Positions 62,603 through 64,000 of a DNA stretch of 64,000 bases are shown here, one piece after another. The stretch is from Rhina ancylostomus (lineage: Eukaryota), in assembly GCA_030265395.1 (NCBI GenBank), contig JARFYF010000017.1:15839608-15903607 (forward strand). Direction: 5' to 3'. The position numbers and the translations under genes were made by a program. Position 1 is the stretch's first letter; every line of letters begins with the position of its first letter. The notes beneath the pieces are model-generated. The model was not told the origin of the DNA. It ran no database searches and saw nothing but the letters and a program-made list of their open reading frames with translations.

Positions 62603-62782
62603 GGCATGGGAGGACAGCACAATTACTTTGGATTGTGGATTGACAGTAACTATGGTAAAGGCCACAGCAAAGCCAAGCCCCGGTGTACAACTTATAATAG
62701 TCCTCAGCTGTCTGCCAAGGAACATTTTACTATTGATACCATGGAGGTTTGGATGGTGGGAAATCTCCCTGAAAGTGATCTG
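62603..62782 (+). CDS. MEAK7: MEAK7/TLDC1 coding exon 6 (180 nt, end of TLDc domain)
   Basis: Acceptor gtgctgttacag|GGC and donor CTG|GTAAGT. Encodes GMGGQHNYFGLWIDSNYGKGHSKAKPRCTTYNSPQLS...MEVW, highly characteristic of MEAK7. Confidence 0.96.
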
Positions 62783-64000
62783 GTAAGTTGTAACTGCTTT
62801 TTTAAAGAAGCTCTTGTGGCTTTGTAATGGTTGCTGTGTTTTATTTTGTTGTTGATGCCCTCTACAACAGCAGTGTTTAAAACTAGTCTATGCTGCACCT
62901 GAAAGATTGAAGATCAGAGGAGGCAAAGAACTTTACTGTCCTGGTACACACCATATAAATATCCAGTCAAGCTACCAGATCTGCTTGAAGGGAAAACAAA
63001 ATTACAAATGTTTGCTTCTTGATCAGAAATCCTGTGTTCAGTTCCCCACTTGTACATTGATCAGGAGCATTACATTTTACTAATTCAGTAATCCATGGTT
63101 TTGCACTTGCTTCTAATCTGGTTTTAAAAATAGTTTTTGAATAATTCACTTAATTTTTTTAAGTCCTTTCTTTGGTATATATTGATAACAAAATTCATCT
63201 GATTTGATACCAGCAGCATTAAATGTTTTGGTATTATCAGAACACTTTCTGGAGCCAAAAATATTGAAAATAGTGAGATTTTGAATTGAATTTGTCTTTT
63301 AATTATAATGGCAAGTAAAGGTCAACTGCATTGATTTCTTGGTTGAACATGAGTGGTTATACATGAAGTGAGTTAAGTGGCTTTAGCGATGAGTTTTGGG
63401 AATTTTCCTGGTGTGTTGCATAGAAGTCTGCCTGTTTCTAGGCTGAGTAACTTCTTTTGCGATCAAGCAAGTTAAAAGTAATGCTTGGAATTGGAAGATG
63501 CTATGGTGCTTAGCACTTTGGTTCATGGATGAAAGGGTGGTTACTAATGCCACATGCCACCACACTCAGAACATGTACTTTGCCCAGATTTTTTGGCGGT
63601 AATGTTGGTTAGTGTTCATGTTTGTCAACATTAGTCTATCAAATTGACAGCAATTTTGGAATTTCTGTGGATGCATATCTGAATACAGAGGATGCGAAAT
63701 GGCTGCCAGCAACCCAGCCCTCCTACCCACGAAGTTGACACAGTGCGATGACTGGGCTCCCTCTTGGGCTAGTTATCGAAACCTCCCAAATATAACTTGC
63801 TTGAAGCTTCTGCAGTGAGTGAGCCAAATAATGTTCACCCACAGCAGGAGAGGATTCAAACAGTAGAGAACAGCTGTGAGCTCCAACCCTACAGTGTGTT
63901 GATTCAAAAATATTTTTCCATGGTTGACAATATGAAAACTAAAAGAATCTCTATAATGCATTGTCAATTTAAAATGTTCTTTTTAAGTGTTTGAAGTGTT

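Noticed and set aside
62783-64000. Search for the terminal MEAK7 coding exon
   Set aside because: No acceptor followed by the expected S.LD.DPE-like peptide was seen. It presumably lies beyond the window.
1-64000. Prokaryotic-type systems (CRISPR arrays, operons, defence islands) or endogenous viral genes
   Set aside because: No regularly spaced repeat-spacer array, no long intact ORFs and no viral motifs. The sequence is intron/exon-structured vertebrate DNA.

Overview
This is vertebrate nuclear DNA from a gapped draft assembly, not prokaryotic DNA. The repeat content (dense CR1 LINEs, a V-domain tRNA-SINE, Deu-SINE-like fragments, Penelope-type hairpin repeats) points to a cartilaginous fish, probably a ray. 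The only protein-coding gene I can support is MEAK7/TLDC1 on the + strand. It has a CpG-enriched promoter with a probable non-coding first exon (~40.5-41.4 kb) and six phase-compatible coding exons between 49522 and 62782. One exon runs into an N gap, and the stop-codon exon was not found, so it probably lies beyond the window. The first ~40 kb and all introns are mostly decayed transposable elements (CR1, L2, Rex1/Babar, L1-Tx1, Ingi/Vingi-like, SINEs, possible DNA-transposon relics). The most interesting non-gene signal is a dispersed family of short inverted-repeat elements carrying minimal type-I hammerhead-ribozyme-like motifs, one copy of which has a perfect 15-bp target-site duplication. 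I found no convincing new multi-gene system. Exon coordinates were read at base level. Repeat boundaries are approximate, and family names come from motif recognition, not database searches.
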